Shown here: piece after piece, positions 48,528-57,204 of the stretch | Layout of the letters: every line of letters begins with the position of its first letter | Position numbering within the stretch: position 1 is the first letter of the stretch | Source: an uncultured Pseudomonadota bacterium | GTDB lineage: Bacteria > Bdellovibrionota_B > Oligoflexia > Oligoflexales > CAIYRB01 | DNA length: 64,000 nt | NCBI GenBank assembly: GCA_903915625.1 | Contig: CAIWTN010000178.1 | Location: forward strand, 4,553 to 68,552 | Direction: 5' to 3' | Program-made: the position numbers and the translations under genes | The notes under the pieces: model-generated | The model's input: only the letters and a program-made list of their open reading frames with translations | Told to the model about the DNA's origin: nothing | The model's database searches: none

Positions 48528-50015
48528 TTAAGTCCTGCCGCGCAATTTCGGATCAAATGCATCCCGCATCGAATCCCCCAACAGATAGAAGCACAACAGC
48601 GTGATGCCGAGCACCGAGGCCGGTAAGAAAAACTGAATCGGATTGACCTGCAAGCGCCTGGCTGCATCAAAAACAACATTGCCCCAAGATGGCGTTGGCT
48701 GTTCCAAGCCAAGGCCAAGCATCGATAAGAACGCCTCTGATGCGATGACTCCAGGAATACGGGCAGACCAAGCAATAATGATCAGTCCCAATAAGTTGGG
48801 GCCTATATGATGCGAGATGAGTCTTTTTATCGGCGCGCCTAACAGGCGGCTAGCCTGGACAAACTCTAATTCACGCATCCGAAGTACCTCACCGCGGACG
48901 ATGCGCGCAAACCCAGCCCAGCTGAATGCCGTCAGCGCCACGACGAGACTGAGTACACCCTTGCCGATAGCAACTTGCAGGATGATGAACACTAGCAAGT
49001 CCGGAAAATTATCAATGACCTCGACGAGTCGCATGCAGATATTGTCTATCTTGCCGCCCATGAGACCTGAAAATGCGCCAAAAATCAGACCGATAAAAAT
49101 ACAGAGAGTGGGCACCAGAAGGGCGAGCAGCATATCCACGCGGGTACCCTTCACCATACGCGCTAACACATCACGGCCAAGCCCGTCCGTCCCGAATAGA
49201 TGTGCACGACCGCGCACAGTCTCACCAACAGCTGCCTTCGGATAGATCGTTTGAGCGTCAGATAATTTTATCGTATTAATAAGTTTAGTCTCTAATACCG
49301 CAGCGCGCGCACCGTAGCTACGCTGCCCCGTGTTGAGATCGTCGACAAAGGCGACTACGGAATAAAGATAGGATTCAGATGGATCGAGTCCCATGCCATC
49401 AAATACAGCGTGCTGCGCTGGATCGGTGAGCTCGGCAATATTCAATCCGCGCTCAATGGTTCCGTCTGCCAGATCGCTTAGTTTTATACGGTCACTGGGT
49501 GTTACCAAAAGCCGGTAAACTGCATAGCCCGAAACTCCCGGCGCAGTGTCCCAAACCAAGTGAACGCCGTCCACAGTGGCGGCACCATCAATGCGGAAAT
49601 TCTGTGGCGGCAGCAAGTCACCGGGCGCACGAAGCGGAGCCGCAAGATCGTAGTTGGGATCGACTAGATCAACGGGTACCGCTGCGAAATCATCCACTAT
49701 AAGCAGTGACTCCCCGCGAGTTGGGCCCTGATTAATATCGTGGGAGTTCTGTTGATTTTCGTAGGCCACCCCACCTTCCGACTTGGGGAAGAACACGGGA
49801 CCGACGACGCCAGCCAGCGTGACAAACACGATGACCGCAAGCGACGTCATGGCCAGGCCATTTTTCTTCAGTCGCATGAAGGCATCTTGAAAGTACGTCA
49901 ATGCCGGTCGGGAAATATTCTCCGCAGCTGCCACTTCGCGCTTAAGCGGCGAAAACATGTCATCGGCGACAGGGCCCCATAATGCGGAGCCGGGCGTCTG
50001 GTGATGTTGGCCCAT
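48528..50015 (-). CDS. oppC: Oligopeptide ABC permease OppC with a roughly 190-aa periplasmic insertion
   Basis: It has the conserved HLFGTDGLGRDVL and an EAA-like loop. About 190 residues sit between TM1 and HLFGTD, where typical OppC has a short loop. Confidence 0.85.
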   Translation of the reverse strand: MGQHHQTPGSALWGPVADDMFSPLKREVAAAENISRPALTYFQDAFMRLKKNGLAMTSLAVIVFVTLAGVVGPVFFPKSEGGVAYENQQNSHDINQGPTRGESLLIVDDFAAVPVDLVDPNYDLAAPLRAPGDLLPPQNFRIDGAATVDGVHLVWDTAPGVSGYAVYRLLVTPSDRIKLSDLADGTIERGLNIAELTDPAQHAVFDGMGLDPSESYLYSVVAFVDDLNTGQRSYGARAAVLETKLINTIKLSDAQTIYPKAAVGETVRGRAHLFGTDGLGRDVLARMVKGTRVDMLLALLVPTLCIFIGLIFGAFSGLMGGKIDNICMRLVEVIDNFPDLLVFIILQVAIGKGVLSLVVALTAFSWAGFARIVRGEVLRMRELEFVQASRLLGAPIKRLISHHIGPNLLGLIIIAWSARIPGVIASEAFLSMLGLGLEQPTPSWGNVVFDAARRLQVNPIQFFLPASVLGITLLCFYLLGDSMRDAFDPKLRGRT

Positions 50016-50032
50016 GATAAATAGCTCCTAAC

Positions 50033-51004
50033 CTAACCAAACCGAATGCGCGGATCAATCAGTCCGTAAAGCACATCCGTGATCAAGTTGATGATGATGA
50101 AAAAGCCACCGTAAAAAACGGTAAGACCCATCAGCACGTTATAATCGTTGTTACTGATCGAATTAAAATAGGCAGCGCCTAGTCCTGGGACACCAAAGAT
50201 ATTTTCAATCAGGAGCGATCCCGAAATAGCCCCCACAAAGATCGGACCGAGTAAGGACACCACTGGTAGCATCGCGTTTCTTAACTGGTGAAGGGCCACA
50301 ACCCGGGCAGTGGAGGCACCTTTTGCGCGCGCTGTGCGGACAAATTCGGCAAACGACACGTCCACCATTTGACTGCGCATATAACGCGTCATTAGCGTGA
50401 TAATCCCCAAGCTAAGAGTGAAGCCCGGAAGAATCACGTCGCGAAATTGCCCCCACCCTACCGGACGAAACCAAACATGCGGATTCACATGTAAATGCGT
50501 CAGCGGAAAGACGGCCAAGAAGTATTGGACGACATAGGCTATCAAAGCAGAAGGTATCGCGATCCCAATCACGCAAAGGAGCATAGCAATGCGGTCAATC
50601 AAAGAATTACGATAGAGCGCAGCAACGATCCCCAGCCCCAGTCCAACGGTGGTCCCGACGATTAGGGCGAAGATACCGATAGCTGCGGATGCCGGGAAAT
50701 TTTCGGCGATCATTCGGTTAACGCTACGATCGACCGTACGAAAACTCTCGCCAAAATCGCCCTGAATAAACATCCGCTGCATCTGTATCAAATACTGATC
50801 AAAAATCGGTTTATTCAGGCCGTACTTTTCTTCAAGGTTGGCACGAACAGTGGCTGGTATTTCCTTAGTGCGAGTCAACGGATCGCCTGGCACCGCGCGC
50901 ATGAAGACGAAAGTCAAAGTCGCTAAAGCCCAAAGAGTCAGCACCGCCATGATTAGGCGCTGACCGACGTAGCGAAAAAATCCCCAAGATAACAAATGCT
51001 GCAT
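50033..51004 (-). CDS. oppB: Oligopeptide ABC permease OppB
   Basis: It has the N-terminus FRYVGQRLIMAVLTLWALATLTFVFMRAVPGDP and the loop FVRTARAKGAS typical of OppB/DppB. Confidence 0.9.
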   Translation of the reverse strand: MQHLLSWGFFRYVGQRLIMAVLTLWALATLTFVFMRAVPGDPLTRTKEIPATVRANLEEKYGLNKPIFDQYLIQMQRMFIQGDFGESFRTVDRSVNRMIAENFPASAAIGIFALIVGTTVGLGLGIVAALYRNSLIDRIAMLLCVIGIAIPSALIAYVVQYFLAVFPLTHLHVNPHVWFRPVGWGQFRDVILPGFTLSLGIITLMTRYMRSQMVDVSFAEFVRTARAKGASTARVVALHQLRNAMLPVVSLLGPIFVGAISGSLLIENIFGVPGLGAAYFNSISNNDYNVLMGLTVFYGGFFIIINLITDVLYGLIDPRIRFG

Positions 51005-51022
51005 GGACTATTACATCTCGGT

Positions 51023-52693
51023 TTAATGTTTTGGTTGGCTGTCCCAAACCGCATAGCGGAAGTCTGGACTGAAACCAAAAGCGTTGTGGCGCATGTTCTT
51101 AAGCGCCGGAGCGACGACAAATGCACCGCCAGTTTGGTCGAGAGGAACCATTGGACTTTCGTCCAGTAGCAGTGCCTCAGCTTCGGCAAAAAGCTTGATT
51201 CGAGCAGCTATGTCCGATTCATTAGCTGCTTTAACTATAAGCGCCTCATAAGTTTTATTCACCCAACCGGTCATATTGTTGTCGTTACCAGCAGTAAACA
51301 GATCCATGAAAGTCATTGGGTCGCGGTAATCTGGACACCACCCCGATAGGGTCACATCGTAGTTGCCGTCGCGGGATTTTTGTAGGCGCGTCTTGAATGG
51401 GACACTTTCTACTCTGACCTCAGTATTCAGCAGCTTGGCCAGACTGTTCTGCCAATATTCGACAAATTTCTTAGCCAAGGTGCCGTCGTCAGACAAGATC
51501 GTGAAAGAAGGAGCCTGAGTCTGTTTACTGACTGCTAGGTACTCTTGTAGGTGTTTTTGCGAACTAGGGTAATCTGCGTCCCTGCCTTTAACGGGTGCTT
51601 CACGCCTATAGGTCATGCCCTTTTTCGAGCCGGGCATGTAATCTGGAACCAGCCCCAGAGTTGGCTTATAGCCCGGTACACCAATGATTTTATTAACGAA
51701 CTCGCTGCGATTGACGCCATCGCGCACGGCTTGACGTAGGAGCTTGTTGGCAAAAGGGCGACCAGGCCTAACATTGAATGCAATATACGTCGTGCAGCCC
51801 GTGGGGAAAGTCTGAATTTTCAGCTTCGCTGCTTGCGCCTGCTTGATAATTTCTGGCGACGACGTGGTCGTGTAATCGATCCCACCAGTCTGGAAATTAT
51901 TGAAGTTAGCTTGCGAGTCTTTCACCATCGCCGGTGATTGGATCGCCTGAATCCTCACTTTATCCGCGTCCCAATAAGTCGGTGAACGTTCAATGCGCAT
52001 GGACTGTTCTTTTTGCCATGCTGCCAGCTTGAACGGTCCATTGCCGATAATGCTGGCGGGGTCAGTGGCAAATTTATCGCCAAACTTTTCTACAATATCC
52101 CGACGCAGTGGATAGAAAACTTGAAAAGTCGCCAGTGAATCAAAGAAAGGTACTGGACGACTTAACTGGACCTCCAGGGTATGGTCATCGACGGCACGAA
52201 CGCCTAGGTTTTCTTTGGGTTGCTTTTTAGAGATGATGTCTTCTGCATTAAGAATGCCTGCGGCTATAGCGATGAAGGAATACTCACTGGCATAAGCCGG
52301 ATCAACTAGTCGTCGCCAAGAATATAGGAAATCCTGCGCTTTAACGGGCTTGCCATCTTGCCACCTAGCGCTCTTACGGATCTTAAAGGTCCACGTCTTC
52401 TTGTCTTCACTAGAAGTCATGCTCTCCGCAGTGCCGGGTATGATATTACCAGCAGGATCGTACGACATCAGCCCCTCAAAAATGTGACCTAGCCACATCG
52501 AGCTGATGGTATCTGCCTGTTTGGTCGGGTCCATGGATGGCGGCTCGTCACCGGCGCTAAAGTAAACTTCTTGGCTCAGTGCCCGCTGATCTTGAGATTT
52601 TTGCTCCGCGCGCACGCCTGAAGCGTACAAAACTGCGGCTACTAAAAAGAGAGCTGCTGCTGCGCCCCTAGTCATGGCGGACTTTAAGACCAT
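51023..52693 (-). CDS. oppA: Oligopeptide ABC substrate-binding protein (family 5)
   Basis: It has a signal peptide, is about 555 aa long, and carries SBP_bac_5-like segments (WQDGKPVKAQDFLYSWRRLVDP). Confidence 0.85.
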   Translation of the reverse strand: MVLKSAMTRGAAAALFLVAAVLYASGVRAEQKSQDQRALSQEVYFSAGDEPPSMDPTKQADTISSMWLGHIFEGLMSYDPAGNIIPGTAESMTSSEDKKTWTFKIRKSARWQDGKPVKAQDFLYSWRRLVDPAYASEYSFIAIAAGILNAEDIISKKQPKENLGVRAVDDHTLEVQLSRPVPFFDSLATFQVFYPLRRDIVEKFGDKFATDPASIIGNGPFKLAAWQKEQSMRIERSPTYWDADKVRIQAIQSPAMVKDSQANFNNFQTGGIDYTTTSSPEIIKQAQAAKLKIQTFPTGCTTYIAFNVRPGRPFANKLLRQAVRDGVNRSEFVNKIIGVPGYKPTLGLVPDYMPGSKKGMTYRREAPVKGRDADYPSSQKHLQEYLAVSKQTQAPSFTILSDDGTLAKKFVEYWQNSLAKLLNTEVRVESVPFKTRLQKSRDGNYDVTLSGWCPDYRDPMTFMDLFTAGNDNNMTGWVNKTYEALIVKAANESDIAARIKLFAEAEALLLDESPMVPLDQTGGAFVVAPALKNMRHNAFGFSPDFRYAVWDSQPKH

Positions 52694-52955
52694 GGATGTA
52701 ACCTCAAACGGATGCGGTTAAACGACAACTAGCACAGCCTCCAACGGCCCAAGCTTGTACCTTACCCTTTTCAAATGTGAGCAACGTAAGCGGTGCGAGC
52801 GAGGCTGAAGCCACGATGGTGAGCACGGAGTGCCCCGCGAAATTTTTTACAGGATTTTGGTCAAAATCGGCAAGTAAATAAATAGGATCGGGCCTATAGG
52901 CACGTCAACCTGACAGGTGCCTAAGGCGTTAAAACCACGGTTCCGGAGCGAGTCA

Positions 52956-53828
52956 TCAGCCGCCTAGGCCCAGGAAAGACGCGAGCTCTACGGAGAATTT
53001 ACTCCACAGGGCCTGACCCATAGACTTGGGATCGACCGCATTATGAGCGTAGTGGGGAACTAAATCAGAATCGACATTGTCCAGCGGCTGCAGGGTCCAC
53101 TTGGACTGAGGATGCGCCTCTATCAAGCGTGCGATCGCCTGATAGTCGACTAATTCATCGTCTGCTGCGGCAAAAATCAACGTGGGGATCGCAAGATTAA
53201 CAGCGCTTACATCGCTAACCGCAGCGGCACTTGCAAATACGGCATTATAGGCAGCCATAGGCAAGTGGTCATGAACTCTGTAGTCGACCGGTGAGCGACT
53301 AGGAACATCTACATCGAAAGGTAGAGCGTTTAGCCCACGCAGGGCATGGGTATACCAATTTAGACGGATGGCCGGCACCAACAGCACTCGCTTGTCATAA
53401 TAAGGAACCGCTGACTGATTGATGTAGTCAACATTGAGTAGGGCACCAAGTGAGACGCCAACAAAGTAGAGCGGCACATGCAATTCTTGGCTCTTGCTAG
53501 CGCCAGCTCGGGTTGCACACTCCGTGTCCCTGAGCCAAATGGCGCGATTAACTTTCTGTATTTGCGCGTAGTCGCCGTCATGCCCGGTAAGCGTCAGTCG
53601 TAAAACCAGCACATGTTGCTGATTGAGGGCTTCAATAAGCGGCGCTAATTTAGCTGGCTTCAGATTAAATCCATGAGCCACTACTGCAACGGCCTGAGCT
53701 GGAGCCCCTTGGCGCGCTTGGAATTCCTGCAGACGCTTTTGCGTATCCGCACAATTCACATACTCTTCGGGCACATCAATTGGGGCAGCAAAGCTGCCAG
53801 CAGCAGTAAAGCTCCATGAGAGAAGCAT
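52956..53828 (-). CDS. Secreted alpha/beta-hydrolase-fold protein
   Basis: It has a signal-like N-terminus MLLSWSFTAAGSFAAP, the HG motif VVAHGFN and a nucleophile elbow GVSLG. I trimmed the start to ATG 53828 because the longer track ORF reads through a tRNA gene. Confidence 0.6.
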   Translation of the reverse strand: MLLSWSFTAAGSFAAPIDVPEEYVNCADTQKRLQEFQARQGAPAQAVAVVAHGFNLKPAKLAPLIEALNQQHVLVLRLTLTGHDGDYAQIQKVNRAIWLRDTECATRAGASKSQELHVPLYFVGVSLGALLNVDYINQSAVPYYDKRVLLVPAIRLNWYTHALRGLNALPFDVDVPSRSPVDYRVHDHLPMAAYNAVFASAAAVSDVSAVNLAIPTLIFAAADDELVDYQAIARLIEAHPQSKWTLQPLDNVDSDLVPHYAHNAVDPKSMGQALWSKFSVELASFLGLGG

Positions 53829-53848
53829 TAACAAAGCTGCGCGATTTA

Positions 53849-53924
53849 TGGTGGAGGTAAGGGGAGTCGAACCCCTGACCTTCGCAATGCCATTGCGACG
53901 CTCTACCAACTGAGCTATACCCCC
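53849..53924 (-). tRNA. tRNA-Ala (anticodon GGC), CCA encoded
   Basis: The reverse complement folds as GGGGGTA-TA-GCTC-AGTTGGT-AGAGC-G-TCGCA-ATGGCAT-TGCGA-AGGTC-AGGGG-TTCGACT-CCCCT-TACCTCC-ACCA. G3:U70 is present. Length is 76 nt. Confidence 0.9.
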
Positions 53925-54003
53925 AAGATCGCTATAGGTTGAAGGGTTATGCTTCTTGAAAAGTCGCATGTCAACTCAAAATGAATCGCCTAAGGAGGTT
54001 TCC

Positions 54004-55215
54004 ATGACTGAATCTTCCACCCAATCCGCTTCGCATCGATCGACGTGGATTTTGCTAGCGATGCTCTTTGCACTTGCCGGCATCGGGCTGTCGCTTTACT
54101 CCACCATGCACCACCTTGAAGTTCACGCCACCGGTCAGACTGCGGCTGCATGTAACATCAGTGCTAAGTTCAACTGCGATGAAGTGGCGTTGAGTAAATA
54201 TAGTGAAGTAGCCGGCATTCCACTTGGAGTGTTAGGACTAGGTTACTTTACAGCTCTTTTGGTGCTGTTGGGCGCAGCATGGGCTGGCGTTAAATCGGCG
54301 GCTGACCATCTGCACGCATATACCGCACTTGTTGGGATCGGCGTCCTGACATCGGTCGGCCTTGGTGGGATAGCCATCGCCTTAATCGGTACATACTGCC
54401 TAGTATGCATGGCGATTTACGCTGTAACTTTAGGGCAATTGGCATTGCTCTTTGCAGGGCGGCGCTCGCTTATCCCAGCCGGCATTACATTCAAATCTAT
54501 CGGTAACGGTGGCACTTCAGCACTGATTGCAGTCGCTGCCGTCATTGGACTTTTCAATATCGTTAAGCCGGCCCATTTACCCGAGGTCTTAGATCTACCT
54601 CAAACGGCAGAAAATCTCGCTAAGGCTCAACCGGTAATGTCTCCTAAGGCGCAAGATATACCCGTCAGCAAATCAGCTTATTCCGGCCTCGGTGAAGACT
54701 TCCGCAAAGGCGGCGATCAAGCCAAAGTGGTTGTCGTTGAGTTCGCTGATTTTCAGTGTCCTGCCTGCGGAGGATTGGCCCGCAATTTACGCCAACTCCA
54801 TGAGGAATTCGGTGAACGCGTGCTATTCGTCTTCCGGAATTATCCATTAGATAACTCCTGCAACAGCAGTATACCTGGCAAAATGCATGAATATTCATGC
54901 AAGGCGGCAGTTTTAGCGCGCTGTGCCGGCAGCTACGGCAAGTTCTGGCAATACCATGATCAGCTCTTCGAGCATCAACAGGATATTAACGACGCCAAGC
55001 TTAAACAATGGGCCTTGGCCATTGGACTCAAGTCAGAACAAATTGACACCTGCTTGAGCAGCAAAGATATCGTGGCCAAGGTGAAAGATGACGTAGCCCT
55101 AGGAAATCGCCTTAACATCGATTCCACTCCCACCGTTTTCATCAACGGGGTGAAAGTGGTGACTGGCAATGGACTCGAGCAACTGCGCAATCAGATCGCC
55201 AATCTGCTTAATTAA
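54004..55215 (+). CDS. VKOR-domain / DsbA-like thioredoxin fusion (disulfide-bond formation)
   Basis: The N-terminal membrane domain has loop cysteines CNISAKFNC and CLVC in a TM helix. The C-terminal domain has FADFQCPAC (CxxC). AAGGAGG lies 5 nt upstream of ATG 54004. Confidence 0.8.
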   Translation: MTESSTQSASHRSTWILLAMLFALAGIGLSLYSTMHHLEVHATGQTAAACNISAKFNCDEVALSKYSEVAGIPLGVLGLGYFTALLVLLGAAWAGVKSAADHLHAYTALVGIGVLTSVGLGGIAIALIGTYCLVCMAIYAVTLGQLALLFAGRRSLIPAGITFKSIGNGGTSALIAVAAVIGLFNIVKPAHLPEVLDLPQTAENLAKAQPVMSPKAQDIPVSKSAYSGLGEDFRKGGDQAKVVVVEFADFQCPACGGLARNLRQLHEEFGERVLFVFRNYPLDNSCNSSIPGKMHEYSCKAAVLARCAGSYGKFWQYHDQLFEHQQDINDAKLKQWALAIGLKSEQIDTCLSSKDIVAKVKDDVALGNRLNIDSTPTVFINGVKVVTGNGLEQLRNQIANLLN

Positions 55216-55227
55216 AAGTGCGAGACA

Positions 55228-56010
55228 TTGGCGGGAGCCTTGATTTTGAAAATTGAATTCGAGCACGATTACCAACAGAAAGTCATGACTCAGAGCTTTA
55301 CCGAAGCAACCTTGCTGGACTCACCGGCAGCGGTACAGGCCTGGCGCTCGGCGTGGATGAAGGAGCTGAGCTCTTGGCATTCGCCCTATAAGGTGCTGGT
55401 GGACTGCTCCCAGTTGACCATCGGGGATCAGCCTGAAGTACACAAGGCACTTGAGCTGATGGTTAAGTTCTTCAACGGCTTCTTCCTCCGCAAGATTGCC
55501 GGATCACCCTTAAAGAACGCGCAAGGCCACGAGTATTTGCCTTTCCCCGTGCTAGCCACTGCTGAGGAAGCCGCCATCGATCTGGGTATACGCGCTCCAA
55601 AAGAACGAGTAGCCACAGATTTTCGCTCCACTATTCAGCTACAGAATCACTTTCAGCAGCATAGTATCGAACTCAGCTTCAGTGAGCCTGTGGTGATAGG
55701 CACTAAAGACCACGTCATGACTCTCAGGTCGAAGCTGATGAATAATTTGATGCAATGGCATTCTAAATGGAGTCTGATCGTCGACTGCACCAATTTTGAA
55801 ATAGCAGCAGAAGTCCTACCCGATATGGAGAGGACACTGACGGTTCTGCGCGGTTTTTTTATGAAGCAGGCGGTGGGCTACAGTCCACGCGGAGCAAAAG
55901 AGAGTTACCCCTTCCCCGTATTTCGGGCCCGCCATAGGGCGGTCGCTGAGATCGAGGGTGAGGGTAATTTCTCGGGTGACGATGCTAACTGCAAGTCGAG
56001 AAAAAGCTGA
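55228..56010 (+). CDS. Hypothetical protein made of two homologous domains of about 120 aa
   Basis: An internal repeat is visible by eye: WHSPYKVLVDCSQLTI...FF...AGSP...LPFPVL versus WHSKWSLIVDCTNFEI...FF...VGYSP...YPFPVF. The start is uncertain (TTG 55228, or downstream TTGs). Confidence 0.55.
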   Translation: MAGALILKIEFEHDYQQKVMTQSFTEATLLDSPAAVQAWRSAWMKELSSWHSPYKVLVDCSQLTIGDQPEVHKALELMVKFFNGFFLRKIAGSPLKNAQGHEYLPFPVLATAEEAAIDLGIRAPKERVATDFRSTIQLQNHFQQHSIELSFSEPVVIGTKDHVMTLRSKLMNNLMQWHSKWSLIVDCTNFEIAAEVLPDMERTLTVLRGFFMKQAVGYSPRGAKESYPFPVFRARHRAVAEIEGEGNFSGDDANCKSRKS

Positions 56011-56197
56011 ATCTTCAGGTGCCGCTAGCAACAAAACCGGCCGATAAGCCCCCAAACCATATGCAAGCACCTGAATATATTGTGATTTTACAGGAAGTTA
56101 GGGCCGCTTTAAAAAAGTCCCCGGCACGATCACCGAATGAGAGAATGGTTTAAATACTGTGGCCATAGGTCTTTAAGGTCTGTATAAAATTGTCTGT

Positions 56198-56215
56198 AAC
56201 TTGAGTGCTCAAGTT
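56198..56215. promoter_or_regulatory. 8-2-8 inverted repeat upstream of the H1-like gene (candidate operator)
   Basis: I checked AACTTGAG-TG-CTCAAGTT base by base. It lies about 43 bp upstream of the GTG start at 56259. Confidence 0.3.
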
Positions 56216-56258
56216 CTGGGTATCCCAAATTGCACATATTAGGTTGAGGTGAGGGCGC

Positions 56259-56903
56259 GTGTTACCTGTTGAGATTCTTCCGGTTCAGGAATCGATTGTG
56301 CTGAGAGCTCGCGGCTCTGAGCTTCTTATACTGCCGCACCATGTGCACAAGCTGAAGGACCTGGCTAAGCCACGCGACTTCAGTCAGTACTTTCGTGGTG
56401 AAGCATTAGTAAATCGCCCTGCGCGCAAACTATTTGAGGCGTGGCTGCGTAAAGACCACACTTTGTGGCCACGACTTTACCAAGTGGTTCACAAAGAGAT
56501 GGACCTGAAACCACAAGATGAGACTTCTGCTGATACTGCTGCGGAAACACCTGCAGCCCCAGCAAAAGCCGTTGCTGCTAAAGTGGCTAAGTCAACGGAA
56601 GTGGAATCGGAGGCGACCGACAAGGCGCCCGCGAAGAAAGAAAAAGCTGCTAGCAAAAGCACTGCAAAAGTAGCCGCTACAGAAGAGAAGGCTGCTGATG
56701 CGGCCGATGCCAAGGCTGAAAAAAAGCCCGCAAAAGCCAGCGCGGCTGCGGTAAAGGAAAAGAAACCCACCGCGAAGGCTGAGAAAGCTGACAAGGCTGA
56801 AAAAGTGACAAAAGCTAAGCCAAAAGCAGCCGCAAAAGAAGCTGCACCAAAGGCTAAGGCTAGCCCCAAAGCAAAGGCTGCTGGAGCCAAAGCGAAAGGG
56901 TAA
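56259..56903 (+). CDS. Protein with a globular N-domain and a histone-H1-like Lys/Ala/Pro-rich tail (putative nucleoid-associated or polyanion-binding)
   Basis: A GTG start is preceded by GAGGTGAGGG. Residues from about 95 to 214 are almost entirely A/K/E/P/T (…KAKPKAAAKEAAPKAKASPKAKAAGAKAKG). Confidence 0.6.
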   Translation: MLPVEILPVQESIVLRARGSELLILPHHVHKLKDLAKPRDFSQYFRGEALVNRPARKLFEAWLRKDHTLWPRLYQVVHKEMDLKPQDETSADTAAETPAAPAKAVAAKVAKSTEVESEATDKAPAKKEKAASKSTAKVAATEEKAADAADAKAEKKPAKASAAAVKEKKPTAKAEKADKAEKVTKAKPKAAAKEAAPKAKASPKAKAAGAKAKG

Positions 56904-56922
56904 GCTTCTGATCCGCAAGTAC

Positions 56923-57204
56923 TTGATCAGCGGCAAACAGGTGCTAGCTCTTGCCTCGAAACGGCCTAGTAATGCTGGTTCGAGGGATGAGTTATCTATC
57001 TTTGAGCTGTTGCTGCCGATTGAGACTTTTTGGGATGCGGAAAAGCTGTTGAAGGATTTAGATTTTATGCGAGCCTCATTTGGGGATCCGGTCTCAATCC
57101 TGCAGATGCAAAAAAAGATCCTAGAGCAACTCGTGAACTACGTGGTGCTCGAAAAGGACCGACTTCAGTTAAAAGCGGCGATCAATGGAGCAGTCCAAAA
57201 ATAA
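56923..57204 (+). CDS. Hypothetical small protein (93 aa); coding status uncertain
   Basis: This is an open frame with a TTG start that overlaps the gmhB start by 20 nt. It has no recognisable motif. Confidence 0.3.
   Translation: MISGKQVLALASKRPSNAGSRDELSIFELLLPIETFWDAEKLLKDLDFMRASFGDPVSILQMQKKILEQLVNYVVLEKDRLQLKAAINGAVQK

Noticed and set aside
27228-53848. The idea that the 26.6-kb segment bounded by two tRNA-Ala genes, with both 3' ends facing inward, is an integrated genomic island.
   Set aside because: I found no integrase, recombinase, transposase or phage genes. I could not find a direct repeat of either tRNA 3' end by eye. The content mixes obviously core functions (opp, radD). A computed search for att-like repeats and a GC/codon plot would settle it.
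56489-56936. Two minus-strand ORFs (133 and 114 aa) opposite the Lys/Ala-rich gene.
   Set aside because: They are mirror images of the GCN/AAR-rich low-complexity coding sequence, giving Ala/Phe/Leu/Ser-rich nonsense. The plus-strand gene has an SD and a structured N-domain.
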